From: an uncultured Nitrosopumilales archaeon
GTDB lineage: Archaea; Thermoproteota; Nitrososphaeria; Nitrososphaerales; CAZIZY01
DNA length: 64,000 nucleotides
Assembly (NCBI GenBank): GCA_964544235.1
Contig: CAZIZY010000007.1
Location: forward strand, 3,043-67,042
Direction of reading: 5' to 3'
The notes beneath the pieces were generated by a model. It saw only the letters and a list, made by a program, of their open reading frames with translations, was not told the origin of the DNA and made no database searches. Below, in pieces: positions 20,111-30,752 of the stretch. Both the position numbers and the translations under genes were made by a program. Every line of letters begins with the position of its first letter. Position 1 is the stretch's first letter.

Positions 20111-20303
20111 ATATGATGATTTTCCAGAAAACTGAATTCTTCTGGTCTCTTCATTTTTTTGAGTTGTTATTTATATCACTTCACAATATTGTTATTGAAA
20201 TAACATATGGGAGTCAGTGTAATATATATTTTATGTCCATATAACATATATAATATCTAATATTATATCTCATAAGATTTATCCTTTAATCTCATAATTT
20301 ACC

Positions 20304-21212
20304 ATGACATCCCCTAAATCGCTAAGAAAAAAAAATAATGAATCACTTACCGAAAAGATAATCGGGAAATATTTGTTAATTTCAGCAAGTGTTTCTATAC
20401 TCACTATAATTGCTATTTTAGGAACTTTTCTTTATCAGTCGCTAAATTTTTTCGGTCAAGTACCACTTATTGATTTTATAACTGAAACTAAGTGGACTCC
20501 TTTATTCAAACCAGCATATTTCGGAGTAGCTCCTTTAATTAGTGGAACATTATTAGTAGCTGCAATTTCATTAATTGTTTCTGTTCCTTTAGGTGTTTGT
20601 ACTGCTATATTCTTAAGTGAATACGCTTCTGATCGATTACGTAGATTTATAAAACCAATATTAGAAATTCTAGCAGGAATTCCTACTGTAGTCTATGGTT
20701 ATTTCGCAATAACTTATGTGACTCCAAAATTAAAACTAGTTTTTCCTGATCTTATTATTTTTAATGCATTGAGCGCTGGATTAGTTATGGGATTGATGAT
20801 TATCCCTATGATTTCTTCTCTTAGTGAGGATGCAATGATATCTGTTCCTAGATTACTTAGAGAAGGAGCATATGCTCTTGGAGCTAGAAAATTTGAGGTA
20901 GCTCTCAGAATAGTAATCCCTGCTTCCATTTCTGGAATAATTACTTCTATCATTCTAGCTATGTCTCGAGCAATTGGAGAAACTATGATCGTATCTATAG
21001 CTGCTGGCTCTACTCCCAGATTAACGTTAAATCCACTAAATAGTATTCAAACTATGACTGCTTATATTAATCAGATTAGTTTAGGTGAAGCTAGTTTTTA
21101 CAGTGTTCAATATCAAACTATTTTTGCTGTTGGAACAACTTTATTCTTATTAGTATTCATTCTAAATACAATTGGATATTGGGTCACTAAAACATATCAA
21201 AGGAGATACTAA
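20304..21212 (+). CDS. pstC: Phosphate ABC transporter permease PstC
   Basis: 302 aa, 6 TM, with the EAA-type loop SLSEDAMISVPRLLREGAYALGARKFE. Confidence 0.9.
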   Translation: MTSPKSLRKKNNESLTEKIIGKYLLISASVSILTIIAILGTFLYQSLNFFGQVPLIDFITETKWTPLFKPAYFGVAPLISGTLLVAAISLIVSVPLGVCTAIFLSEYASDRLRRFIKPILEILAGIPTVVYGYFAITYVTPKLKLVFPDLIIFNALSAGLVMGLMIIPMISSLSEDAMISVPRLLREGAYALGARKFEVALRIVIPASISGIITSIILAMSRAIGETMIVSIAAGSTPRLTLNPLNSIQTMTAYINQISLGEASFYSVQYQTIFAVGTTLFLLVFILNTIGYWVTKTYQRRY

Positions 21213-21214
21213 TC

Positions 21215-22090
21215 TTGACTTCAGGTGTTAATCTTAAAAAATTTGATTCAAGAAAAAGTTTCGGCTCAATTTTCTTCGTTTTTCTTCTTGTTTCAATATT
21301 TGTATCCATTATATCTTTATCAGTTTTATTAATTGATATATTCGCAAAAGGGTTACCTTGGTTAGATTTACAATTTATAAACAGTTTCCCGTCAAGATTT
21401 CCTGAACAAGCAGGAATTAAAGCTGCTTTCTATGGAACTATTTGGGTCGCCACATTTACTGCTTTAATTTCTTTTCCATTAGGTGTTAGCGCTGCAATAT
21501 ATTTAGAAGAATATGCTCCTGATAATTTTCTAACTAAATTAATTACAATAAATATTACTAATTTATCTGGAATACCATCTATCGTCTATGGGCTTCTTGG
21601 AATCGGTATTCTTGTTGAATTATTATCTCTTGGTAGAAGTATTTTAGCTGGCGCAATTACTTTGAGTTTGTTAATACTTCCTGTAATTATCATTGTTTCG
21701 AGGGAATCTATTTCAGCTGTTCCTAAAAGTTATAGATTTGCTTCTTATGCTTTAGGTGCCACTCGTTGGCAAACTGTACGACATGCTATTTTACCTCCAG
21801 CTTTTCCTGGGATTCTTACGGGAACTATTCTTGCATTATCTAGAGCAATAGGTGAAGCTGCTCCAATGGTAGCTATTGCCGCGTTAGTTTATTTAACATT
21901 CATTCCAAGCAGTCCTTTAGATAGATTTACAGTATTACCTATTCAAATATATAGTTGGACTACTTTACCTAATCCTTCATTTCGTGGCTTAGCAGCTGCA
22001 GGTATCATAGTTTTACTTGTTTTACTTCTAACAATGAATTCAATAGCGATCTTTATACGTAATAAATATCAACGAAGGGTTGTCGAATGA
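21215..22090 (+). CDS. pstA: Phosphate ABC transporter permease PstA
   Basis: 291 aa. [27 protein letters not shown], immediately after pstC. Confidence 0.9.
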   Translation: MTSGVNLKKFDSRKSFGSIFFVFLLVSIFVSIISLSVLLIDIFAKGLPWLDLQFINSFPSRFPEQAGIKAAFYGTIWVATFTALISFPLGVSAAIYLEEYAPDNFLTKLITINITNLSGIPSIVYGLLGIGILVELLSLGRSILAGAITLSLLILPVIIIVSRESISAVPKSYRFASYALGATRWQTVRHAILPPAFPGILTGTILALSRAIGEAAPMVAIAALVYLTFIPSSPLDRFTVLPIQIYSWTTLPNPSFRGLAAAGIIVLLVLLLTMNSIAIFIRNKYQRRVVE

Positions 22091-22863
22091 ATAATAATTT
22101 TGACTCAACATTAAAAGTTAACTCTTTAAGTTTCTTTTACGATGATTTTTGCGCTCTCAGAAATATTTCTTTGAACATTCCAAGAAACCAAGTTACTTCG
22201 ATAATTGGTCCATCTGGCTGTGGAAAAAGTACTCTTTTAAGATGTTTTAATAGAATGAATGATCTAGTTCCTTTAACTAGATTAGAGGGTGATATTCTAT
22301 TTAATGGTGAAAACATCTATTCTTCTGATGTTGATTCTACTGATGTTCGGCGTAGAATAGGAATGGTTTTTCAAAAACCTAATCCATTTCCAAAATCTGT
22401 TTTTGATAATGTTGCATTTGGTCCGAGAGTTAATGGAGTATCTGAAAATATAGATAAAATTGTTAAAAAATCTTTAATTCAATCTGCTCTTTGGTCTGAA
22501 GTTAAAGATAATCTAAAAAAAAGTGCTTTAGAATTATCTGGAGGTCAACAACAAAGATTATGTATAGCTAGAACTCTTGCAGTAGAGCCTGAAATTATTC
22601 TGATGGATGAACCATGTTCTGCATTAGATCCTATAGCAACTGCTAAGATTGAAGATCTAATACGTAAACTTAAGAATAATTATACTGTTGTAATTGTTAC
22701 TCATAACATGCAACAAGCAGCTCGAATATCTGATTTTACTACAGTATTAATGACTAAAGACGATAGAACTGGATATTTAATTGAATTCGGTCCCACTAAA
22801 GATATCTTCACTAATCCCTCTAATCCAGGTACGGAAGATTATATTATGGGTAGGATTGGTTAA
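22087..22863 (+). CDS. pstB: Phosphate ABC transporter ATP-binding protein PstB
   Basis: Walker [10 protein letters not shown], signature LSGGQQQRL and Walker B ILMDEP. Its start overlaps the pstA stop by 4 nt. Confidence 0.95.
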   Translation: MNNNFDSTLKVNSLSFFYDDFCALRNISLNIPRNQVTSIIGPSGCGKSTLLRCFNRMNDLVPLTRLEGDILFNGENIYSSDVDSTDVRRRIGMVFQKPNPFPKSVFDNVAFGPRVNGVSENIDKIVKKSLIQSALWSEVKDNLKKSALELSGGQQQRLCIARTLAVEPEIILMDEPCSALDPIATAKIEDLIRKLKNNYTVVIVTHNMQQAARISDFTTVLMTKDDRTGYLIEFGPTKDIFTNPSNPGTEDYIMGRIG

Positions 22864-22865
22864 TT

Positions 22866-23504
22866 ATGGAAAGTAGAAAGCTTCTAGATATTGGTCTTGA
22901 GCGTATTAATTCTATGTTAATTGATATGGCCGAGTTATCTGAATTAACAGTTTCAAAATCAATATCTGCTTATACTGATGAAAAAGATGTCCTTTCAGAG
23001 GTACTTGAAAATTCGAGGAAATTAAAATTAATTAAAGATGATATTGGAGATTTATGTGTTGAACTTATAGCTCGTTTTCAACCTGTCGCTTCTGATCTAA
23101 GGCAAATTCGTTCTTATCTAGAAATCTCTTCTGGTTTAGATCGTTTTGGACGATATGCTTATGATATTTCTCAAGTATTAGATACTGTCGGTGATCTTTC
23201 AATGTGTGATAAGACTGTAGTCAAACAAGCTGGACTTCAATCTAAAAAAATGATGAAATTGAGTATTAAAGCATTTACGACTAGACAATTAAAATTCGCT
23301 GAAAAAGTTAAGGAAATGGATGAAGTTGTTGATAATCTTTATCGGGATTATTTCCAAAAAGCAATTAATTCTCCTGGAAAGAACCCTATATGTGATTTTT
23401 CAACCACTTTAGTTCTCAGATATCTTGAACGAATTGCTGATCATGCCACTTACATTAGTGATTCTGTAATTTACGTTAAAACAGGGAAAAAGACTAACCA
23501 ATAG
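22866..23504 (+). CDS. phoU: Phosphate transport system regulator PhoU
   Basis: 212 aa with two PhoU repeats (..RFGRYAYDIS.., ..ERIADHATYISD..). Confidence 0.85.
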   Translation: MESRKLLDIGLERINSMLIDMAELSELTVSKSISAYTDEKDVLSEVLENSRKLKLIKDDIGDLCVELIARFQPVASDLRQIRSYLEISSGLDRFGRYAYDISQVLDTVGDLSMCDKTVVKQAGLQSKKMMKLSIKAFTTRQLKFAEKVKEMDEVVDNLYRDYFQKAINSPGKNPICDFSTTLVLRYLERIADHATYISDSVIYVKTGKKTNQ

Positions 23505-23550
23505 ATTAAATAAATTCTTCTTAGATTCTATTAATTGTTTAATTTATTCA

Positions 23551-24750
23551 ATGGAATCAAAATCTAATAACTTAAGATCTGACATACTTAATAATCTAAA
23601 CCAAGTATTTTTTAAAAATAAATCACTTGCATTAATTTTCTTTAGCACTATTGGTTTCTTTTGGGCTATGGAATTAGTTTTCTTACTTTCTCCATTATTT
23701 ATAAAGAATCTTGGAGCGACCACCTTTGAGATCGGTTTAGTTTATTCTATATCTGGATTAGGTACTGCTTTTCTCGCTATTCCTGGAGGATTATTATCTG
23801 ATAAAATTGGGCAAAAAATAGTAATTATTATTAGTCTAATCTTATGTGCAATAAGTTCGTTTTTATTCACATTATCTAACACTTGGGTGATTCTAATTCC
23901 ATTAATGTTAATATTTAGATCTTCACAGTCATTAAATTTACCTGCACGAAATGCATTCATATCTGATAATACTGATAATAATAATAGAGCTGGAATATTC
24001 GGAATAATGGAATTAGGTTTTCCAATTGGGGGCGCTTTAGGTCCACTTCTAGGCGGGGTTCTTGTAGATATTATGGGTTGGAATTTTACTTTTTATATGG
24101 TTACTGTCGTATCTTTATTATCAATTATTCCTATATACTTTTTACAGGAATCAAAAAGTAATTCACAATTAATTAATGTTACAACAAAAGATAAAATTCA
24201 AACTTTCCGTTCTTCTTTTTTGTTTTTTGGAATTTCATTAATGATAGCGACTAGTTTTGGAGTAGTCGAACCATTAATTCCATTGTATCTTACTCAAAAT
24301 TTTGGTACTAGCCCAACTAATGTAGGTCTATTCTTTAGTGTCACTTATCTTGCTTTCCTTACTCAAATATTTGCTGGCTCTATTGCGGATAAATTTGGTA
24401 AAAAACGAATATTATTATTATCTTCAATCATTCTTTCGCCTTTATTTCTTTTCGCATCAATAGCTGACAGTTATCTTCAATTGATGATAATTTTCAGTTT
24501 ACTCTATTTATCATGGAGTGCAACTATGCCTTCTTCGATGGCTTTATTAATTGAGAAAATTCCTGAAAATTCTCGTGGTTTAGCTTTAGGGATAAGATTA
24601 ACTGGAGTTAGATTAGGTTTCACTATCGGACCTTTATTAGGATCGTTAATATGGTCTTATGATCCATCTTCTTCATTTTTGTTGTCATCTCTAATTTCAA
24701 TTAGTGTTATTCCATTAATATTACTAATAAAAGATAATCCTTCTAAATGA
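23551..24750 (+). CDS. MFS transporter, substrate unknown
   Basis: 399 aa, about 12 TM. GGLLSDKIGQK and GSIADKFGKKR are MFS loop 2-3 / 8-9 motifs. Confidence 0.75.
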   Translation: MESKSNNLRSDILNNLNQVFFKNKSLALIFFSTIGFFWAMELVFLLSPLFIKNLGATTFEIGLVYSISGLGTAFLAIPGGLLSDKIGQKIVIIISLILCAISSFLFTLSNTWVILIPLMLIFRSSQSLNLPARNAFISDNTDNNNRAGIFGIMELGFPIGGALGPLLGGVLVDIMGWNFTFYMVTVVSLLSIIPIYFLQESKSNSQLINVTTKDKIQTFRSSFLFFGISLMIATSFGVVEPLIPLYLTQNFGTSPTNVGLFFSVTYLAFLTQIFAGSIADKFGKKRILLLSSIILSPLFLFASIADSYLQLMIIFSLLYLSWSATMPSSMALLIEKIPENSRGLALGIRLTGVRLGFTIGPLLGSLIWSYDPSSSFLLSSLISISVIPLILLIKDNPSK

Positions 24751-24796
24751 TTCTCAATTTTTGAATCTATTGTTAATTTAATTACTATAGTTATCT

Positions 24797-25159
24797 CTAA
24801 AGATATTTTACTAATTGAATTTTAAACCCATTATCATCTATCAAAAATGCACTTCTTGTGTCTGAAGATATCATGAATGGTTCTTTTTCAACTTTGAATT
24901 CTTTTTTTTCTTTCAATTCGTTAAATTTTTTATCTACATCTTCAACTTCGTAAGCAATGTGGTCCATTTTTCCATTACCTTCCTTTCTAAGTAAAAGTTC
25001 TAATCTATGTCCAGTATTTAATTCTTCTACAAAAGCTATTTCTATATTCTCCCCTTGTGATTTTCTTCTCAAAATTAATTTCATTCCTAGAATATCACAA
25101 AACATGTTTAATGCTTTTTCCATATCTGATACAATAATTCCATTATGATGAAGTCTCAT
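24797..25159 (-). CDS. VOC/glyoxalase-fold protein, possibly methylmalonyl-CoA epimerase
   Basis: 120 aa. HHNGIIVSDMEKALNMFCDILGMKL...LELL...DHIAYEVEDVD...IQLV follows the epimerase/glyoxalase I metal-ligand pattern. Confidence 0.5.
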   Translation of the reverse strand: MRLHHNGIIVSDMEKALNMFCDILGMKLILRRKSQGENIEIAFVEELNTGHRLELLLRKEGNGKMDHIAYEVEDVDKKFNELKEKKEFKVEKEPFMISSDTRSAFLIDDNGFKIQLVKYL

Positions 25160-25271
25160 TATTTCATTATGAATATCTTGTTCAATAAATTCTTATTGAT
25201 AAATTTGCTTTAAATTTCTATACATTTCCTTTATTTTTTTATTATTTTCAAATCTAACCATGACTTTATAG

Positions 25272-26555
25272 GTGTATATAAAAATAATTTCTTTTAATTT
25301 GTCTTCAAATTCTATAGATAACATAACTGTTATTGGGGCCGGAACAATGGGACATGGAATTGCTCAAGCATTTGCAACATCTGGATTTAATGTAAATCTA
25401 GTAGATGTATCTGATCAAGTACTTAATACTGCTTTTTCTCGTATTAATGATAATCTGAATAAAAAAGTTAACGAAAATAAATTTTCTTCTGATATTGCAA
25501 CTTCTATACTTAATCGAATAACCCTGTTTTCTAATTTACAAGAATCTGTAAAAAGATCTGATTTTGTTATTGAAGCAATAATTGAAAATCTAGACGCTAA
25601 AATTAACGTATTGAGATTAGCTGATCAAAATTCTCCTGATCATACTATTTTTGCAAGTAATACTAGTGCTTTACCTATTACATTAATGGCTGAATCATTA
25701 ACTAATAAAGACAAATTTATCGGGTTTCATTGGTTTAATCCTCCTCCAGATCGTGAATTACTTGAAATAATTAAATGTAAATATACTTCAAACGAAGTCA
25801 TTGATATGGCTCTTGATATTGTTAAGAAATTAAATCGAAGAGCATTAATGATTAATAGTGATATTCGTGGTTTTATCGCTAATCGTGTTTATAGAGCAAT
25901 GAGATACGAAGCTATTCTTATGTTTTCTCAGAATATGGCTACCGTTGATGAAATTGATTCTGCATTTAGATATAAAATAGGATGGCGAGGCCCTTTTGAA
26001 TTAATTGATTATGCTGGTGCTATAGATCTTGAAATTACTGAGAGTAATGGATTTGACGAAGTACGCCGTAAATTGCCTGATTGGGAACCTGATGATGATT
26101 ATGTTTTATATCGAAAACATGCTTTGAATGTATTACAAACATATTATGATAAAGGTTGGTTTGGCGTTAAGGCAGGTAAAGGATTCTATGAATATCCTGG
26201 TCCTGGAAAATGGGTCAGACCTACTGTTTCTGAAGAAGATAGTAACAAAGTTAATCCGATGGATGTATTGTCTCCTGCAATAAATTTATCAGCTTCTTTG
26301 ATTCACGAAAAAATATCTAACGTTGAAGACATTGATTTGTCTATCAAAATTGGATATGTTGTTCCTAGAGGAATATTAGAACTTGCAGATGATTTCGGAA
26401 TAGATAATATAGTTAAAATTCTTGAACAGAAAAAAGAATATTCTACTAGTCAAGAATATTCTAATTTCTATACACCTCATCCTCTTCTTCTTAAAATGAT
26501 TGATAATTCTGAAACAGGTAAAAAATCTGGAAAAGGATTTTATAATTATTCTTAA
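25272..26555 (+). CDS. 3-hydroxyacyl-CoA (3-hydroxybutyryl-CoA) dehydrogenase with an extended C-terminal domain
   Basis: ITVIGAGTMGHGIAQAFATSGFNVNLVDV, SNTSAL, HWFNPP, and a C-terminal repeat ending GKKSGKGFYNY. GTG start. Confidence 0.8.
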   Translation: MYIKIISFNLSSNSIDNITVIGAGTMGHGIAQAFATSGFNVNLVDVSDQVLNTAFSRINDNLNKKVNENKFSSDIATSILNRITLFSNLQESVKRSDFVIEAIIENLDAKINVLRLADQNSPDHTIFASNTSALPITLMAESLTNKDKFIGFHWFNPPPDRELLEIIKCKYTSNEVIDMALDIVKKLNRRALMINSDIRGFIANRVYRAMRYEAILMFSQNMATVDEIDSAFRYKIGWRGPFELIDYAGAIDLEITESNGFDEVRRKLPDWEPDDDYVLYRKHALNVLQTYYDKGWFGVKAGKGFYEYPGPGKWVRPTVSEEDSNKVNPMDVLSPAINLSASLIHEKISNVEDIDLSIKIGYVVPRGILELADDFGIDNIVKILEQKKEYSTSQEYSNFYTPHPLLLKMIDNSETGKKSGKGFYNYS

Positions 26556-26559
26556 TTAT

Positions 26560-27687
26560 TCATTCTGAATTTCGGTTCAATGCGTAACTTGATACAGTGC
26601 CTAATATTGCTATAATTATCGAGCTTATTAAGAAAACTGTTCTAAGATCAGATATCTGCCCTACAGCTCCTAATCCCAATAAAAGTATAGTTTGTCCTGG
26701 GTACGATATTGCATTAAATACTCCTAATGTTGTAGTTCTTTCTGATTTCTTTGCGGTTGCAACTATTAATGATCTTGATACTGTTAGAAATATTCCAAAA
26801 CTTATTCCTTCTAAGATAACTCCTAGTAACAATGTTTCTGTTGTCTCTGCGAAATGTAAAACTAAATAAGAAATAGACGCAAATATGACTGAAATAAAAA
26901 TTAAAGTTTTTCTTTTAACACGTGCAGATAAATATCCCGCAGGAAGTCTTGCGATAGTAGAAAATATAGTTCGAATACCAATTATAATATTAAGCATTCC
27001 TACTGCTATTCCTAATTCTATTCCATATACCGGAACAAATGAAATTACTCCTCTGTAAGCAAACATGCTTAATATTCCTATTAGGCTTAATGATAAAATC
27101 ACTTTATCCCTTAAAATCTCTTTGCTGGTTGACCAAAATGGTTTTTTCTCTGTTTGAATTTTATTTAATGGCTCTTCTTTAATTGTTATTGCCACCATCA
27201 AAGCTATTATTCCTAAAATCGTAGCTAAATAAAATGCAGGTTTAAATCCATAATTACTAACTATAAATCCTCCAATAATAGGTCCTATTGATAAGCCTAA
27301 TCCTTGGCTTACCATTAAAATTCCCATTCTTTTATCTATTTCACTAGTTTTAGATATATCTCCAATATATGCCATCGCCATTGAAAATAATATTATTCCT
27401 CCTCCATTCAATAAATATGGAATTATTAGAAGCTGTGGAATATTTATTAAAGTAGTTATAAACGGGCATGAAATAAATAATATTAATCCTATTATCTGAA
27501 CTATTTTTCTTCCTTTAATATCAGCTAATGGCCCTAAGTATAAATGACTAATCATGTTGGCTATTCCTCCTGAGGAAACTATTATTGAAAGTAAAAATAT
27601 TGATGTGCCTATACTATTTGCATAAATTGGAAGATTTGGATAAAATATTCCATTAACTATGTCTGCTACAAATACTACAATATTCAT
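26560..27687 (-). CDS. MFS transporter (paralog A of an inverted pair)
   Basis: 375 aa, about 11-12 TM. GPLADIKGRKIVQIIGLILF. Collinear with ORF 29008-30153. Confidence 0.75.
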   Translation of the reverse strand: MNIVVFVADIVNGIFYPNLPIYANSIGTSIFLLSIIVSSGGIANMISHLYLGPLADIKGRKIVQIIGLILFISCPFITTLINIPQLLIIPYLLNGGGIILFSMAMAYIGDISKTSEIDKRMGILMVSQGLGLSIGPIIGGFIVSNYGFKPAFYLATILGIIALMVAITIKEEPLNKIQTEKKPFWSTSKEILRDKVILSLSLIGILSMFAYRGVISFVPVYGIELGIAVGMLNIIIGIRTIFSTIARLPAGYLSARVKRKTLIFISVIFASISYLVLHFAETTETLLLGVILEGISFGIFLTVSRSLIVATAKKSERTTTLGVFNAISYPGQTILLLGLGAVGQISDLRTVFLISSIIIAILGTVSSYALNRNSE

Positions 27688-27752
27688 TAATAAAAAACTA
27701 ATTATATTTCACCTCTAAATTCAATAGTTCTTTACCTTTTATCTCTTAATCT

Positions 27753-28274
27753 TCAAGAAAAGTGCTGAACATTCTTCTTCTTCCTGAGAATATATGCATT
27801 GATAGCTAAAATAATTATAGATCCTGATGATATAAGTGTGCTAAACCTAGCTAAAAATGTGCTCCCAACTAATAATAAAGAAATTGCACTTCCACAACAA
27901 AAATATGAAAATGAGGCTAAATTTGAAACTGTAAAACCAAAAACTCCTATTTTGCTGTTAAACAAACAAGATTTTATCCCATTTATTTTACGTAGTTGAT
28001 TCATTAAAGAAATATTGATTCCAACTAATATCGATAACATTATTGCTAACATTAATGGAATTAATCTGATTATTATTATTGAATTATTACTGATTAATTG
28101 TAATGCAGGTCCATTATATGCTTGGCTTGCTACTTCAATAATTATTAACGTTCTATTTACAATATTTACATTTTGTAGAGTCTGACTCTCAACTATTCCT
28201 GTAAATAAAATATAATAAAAAAAATATCCTATTGAACCAAATATTGATATTATTCTATTACTTGAATAATTCAA
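27753..28274 (-). CDS. Uncharacterised polytopic membrane protein with an intramembrane Cys-Cys motif
   Basis: 173 aa, 4-5 hydrophobic segments, FSYFCCGSAISLLLVG in a predicted TM helix. No family recognised. Confidence 0.4.
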   Translation of the reverse strand: MNYSSNRIISIFGSIGYFFYYILFTGIVESQTLQNVNIVNRTLIIIEVASQAYNGPALQLISNNSIIIIRLIPLMLAIMLSILVGINISLMNQLRKINGIKSCLFNSKIGVFGFTVSNLASFSYFCCGSAISLLLVGSTFLARFSTLISSGSIIILAINAYILRKKKNVQHFS

Positions 28275-28298
28275 ATTAGTTTATTCCATTATCTAAAA

Positions 28299-28886
28299 TC
28301 ATAGTAATGATTTAACACTTTCTAAATATTCTTTTTCACTCATTTCAGGTGTTAAAGCAAATTTCATTGAATGATTTTTGTCTGTAACAATAATTAGAGA
28401 AAAATGGGCCATGTTCATTCCGTCATGTTTTTCTTGAACTGGAATTTTAAATTTTTTCCATACTTGTTCCATTTCTTCATATTCTCCAGTAACTCCAATT
28501 ATTCTTTCATCATATTTCTTGATATATTCATTTAATATTTTTGGTGTATCTGTATTTGGATCAGTCGTAATCATTATCATCTCTACTTTCTCTGATTCTT
28601 CCCCTAATTCATTTTTTACATAAGCAAATTTACTCATTACAACTGGACAAATATCTGGACAATTTGTATATCCAAAATAAATTAGAGTTACTTTTCCTTT
28701 TGTTGAGGAAAAATCGAATTTATTATTGAATTGATCTGTTAACATAAATTGTGGAGCTTCTGCACCTGATAATTGAATTGAAGGAACATATTGCTCTGAT
28801 TGTTTTGATATTACTAAAAAATAAAATGAGACTGATAACATTACTAAAACAAGTAATGTAATAGCTATTACTGTTGTTTTTCTCAT
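28299..28886 (-). CDS. SCO1/SenC copper chaperone (thioredoxin fold), membrane anchored
   Basis: N-terminal TM segment, LIYFGYTNCPDICP (CxxxC copper site) and a distal His in HFSLIIVTD. Confidence 0.85.
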   Translation of the reverse strand: MRKTTVIAITLLVLVMLSVSFYFLVISKQSEQYVPSIQLSGAEAPQFMLTDQFNNKFDFSSTKGKVTLIYFGYTNCPDICPVVMSKFAYVKNELGEESEKVEMIMITTDPNTDTPKILNEYIKKYDERIIGVTGEYEEMEQVWKKFKIPVQEKHDGMNMAHFSLIIVTDKNHSMKFALTPEMSEKEYLESVKSLL

Positions 28887-29007
28887 TTATACATTTTTGA
28901 TAGCACCTGTATATAATAATTCTTTAATATTCTCATAATCAAATTCTTATATTGTTTATTGAAGTTTAGACATCAAGATAAATAGGTGTATACTTCTTAA
29001 ATTTCTA

Positions 29008-30153
29008 ATGGATTTATTCCGAGTTTACGCTATTGTTTTTTTAGCTGACATAACTGTTGGAATTGTTATTCCAACTTTTCCATTATATGCTGAAAGTATC
29101 GGGGCTTCTGTTTTTTTACTTTCGATAGTTGTAACTGGAATGGGTATTGCTCGAATTCTTAGTCAAGTCTATTTGGGTGCTCTTGCAGATGTTAAAGGTA
29201 GAAAAATTGTCCAAATTATTGGGCTTTTACTCTTTACATCTTTTCCAATACTCACTATTGCAATTCACACTCCCGCATTATTAACAATCCCATTAATGAT
29301 GCAAGGTGCTGGAACAATAGTTTTCATAATGGCAGCTTCTCAAATTGGCGATCTAGTGAATAAAAATGAAATTAACAAAAAGATGGGAATGTTGATATTC
29401 ATTCAAGGAATTGGTTTTTCAATTGGGCCTTTTGTTGGAGGATTTGTTATTGAAGAATTTGGATTTAGAAGTGCTTATTATTTATCTTCATCATTCTCTT
29501 TATTAGCTATTCTAATAGCTTTTGGTCTTAAAGAAAAAAGCCCTCAAGGAAATTCAGCTTCTGATGATCGTTCTTTTATTATAAAAACTAAAGAAATCTT
29601 GAAAAAAGAATCAATATTGTACGTTGGCCTTTTAACTATATTGATGTTATTGGGATTTCGTTCATTCATAACATTCTTCCCATTACGCGGATTAGAACTT
29701 GGAATGAATGCTGCTTTAATCGGTTCAATTGTTGGAGTGCGTACAATTTCTTCAACTATCTTTAGATTGCCAGCAGGGTATTTGGCTGAATCATTTGGGA
29801 GGAGACCATTATTTATTATTGCATTAATACTTTCCAGTTTAGGTCTTGCTATATTTGCGACATTTTCTAATTTATGGATGATATTATTAGCTGCATCTCT
29901 TGAAGGAGCTGGTTTTGGAATATTTTTAACAGTATCAAGAGCTTTTGTAGTTGATTCTACTGATAAGTCAAATAGATCTACTAGTCTTAGCATAACGAGT
30001 TCTTTAGGTTTTCTAGGGCAGACTATTATGATTCTTCTTTTAGGCTCTATTAGTGATTTTGTTGGATTGGTATCAGTATTTGCAATAGGCTCTATATTTA
30101 TTCTATCTTTAGGATTGCTACTTCATGTTAAATTTAGATCAGTATCCTCTTGA
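29008..30153 (+). CDS. MFS transporter (paralog B of an inverted pair)
   Basis: 381 aa. GALADVKGRKIVQIIGLLLF and RLPAGYLAE are shared with ORF 26560-27687. Confidence 0.75.
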   Translation: MDLFRVYAIVFLADITVGIVIPTFPLYAESIGASVFLLSIVVTGMGIARILSQVYLGALADVKGRKIVQIIGLLLFTSFPILTIAIHTPALLTIPLMMQGAGTIVFIMAASQIGDLVNKNEINKKMGMLIFIQGIGFSIGPFVGGFVIEEFGFRSAYYLSSSFSLLAILIAFGLKEKSPQGNSASDDRSFIIKTKEILKKESILYVGLLTILMLLGFRSFITFFPLRGLELGMNAALIGSIVGVRTISSTIFRLPAGYLAESFGRRPLFIIALILSSLGLAIFATFSNLWMILLAASLEGAGFGIFLTVSRAFVVDSTDKSNRSTSLSITSSLGFLGQTIMILLLGSISDFVGLVSVFAIGSIFILSLGLLLHVKFRSVSS

Positions 30154-30227
30154 ATTTTAAGTATTAAATTAATACTCTAAATATTTAATTTAGCATAATT
30201 TTAATTAATATTATATTTTAACTCAAA

Positions 30228-30719
30228 TTGAGAACTTTGCCCAAAATAGATATCCGTTATGCTGAGCTTTCCGATATACCTTTTATTATAAATGGAATTA
30301 ACCAAATCGTTGAAATCGAATCTGGAGATATTCGTCTTGAAGAATCACTAAATCGAACTGATCGTGATAAAAAAGCTCGTGAAGATATACCTAAAAAAAA
30401 TATTCTTGTGGCTACACTACGAAATAATCCTATAGGATTTATATGGTTTACAATCTCCAATAAATGTCCATATGGTGTAGATTATGGTGATTATACACGA
30501 AAATACCTTTGGGTTAATTTCTCTTTCGTATCAAAAGAAAATAGAAATCAAGGAATAGCTACTTCATTATATAAAGAAGTCTTTAAAATAGCTTCATCTA
30601 AAAAGATCTACTCCATCGCTTTGGATGTATTTGAAGTTAACAAAAACTCATTAGAATTTCATGAAAAACTTGGTTTTAATTCTAAAATTCGATTAATGTT
30701 CATGGAAGATCTTTTTTAA
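30228..30719 (+). CDS. GNAT-family N-acetyltransferase
   Basis: VSKENRNQGIATSLYKEVFKIA is the acetyl-CoA-binding motif A (Q/RxxGxA). Confidence 0.7.
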   Translation: MRTLPKIDIRYAELSDIPFIINGINQIVEIESGDIRLEESLNRTDRDKKAREDIPKKNILVATLRNNPIGFIWFTISNKCPYGVDYGDYTRKYLWVNFSFVSKENRNQGIATSLYKEVFKIASSKKIYSIALDVFEVNKNSLEFHEKLGFNSKIRLMFMEDLF

Positions 30720-30752
30720 TTTTTAATCTTTTCTAATAATTATCTAAATATA

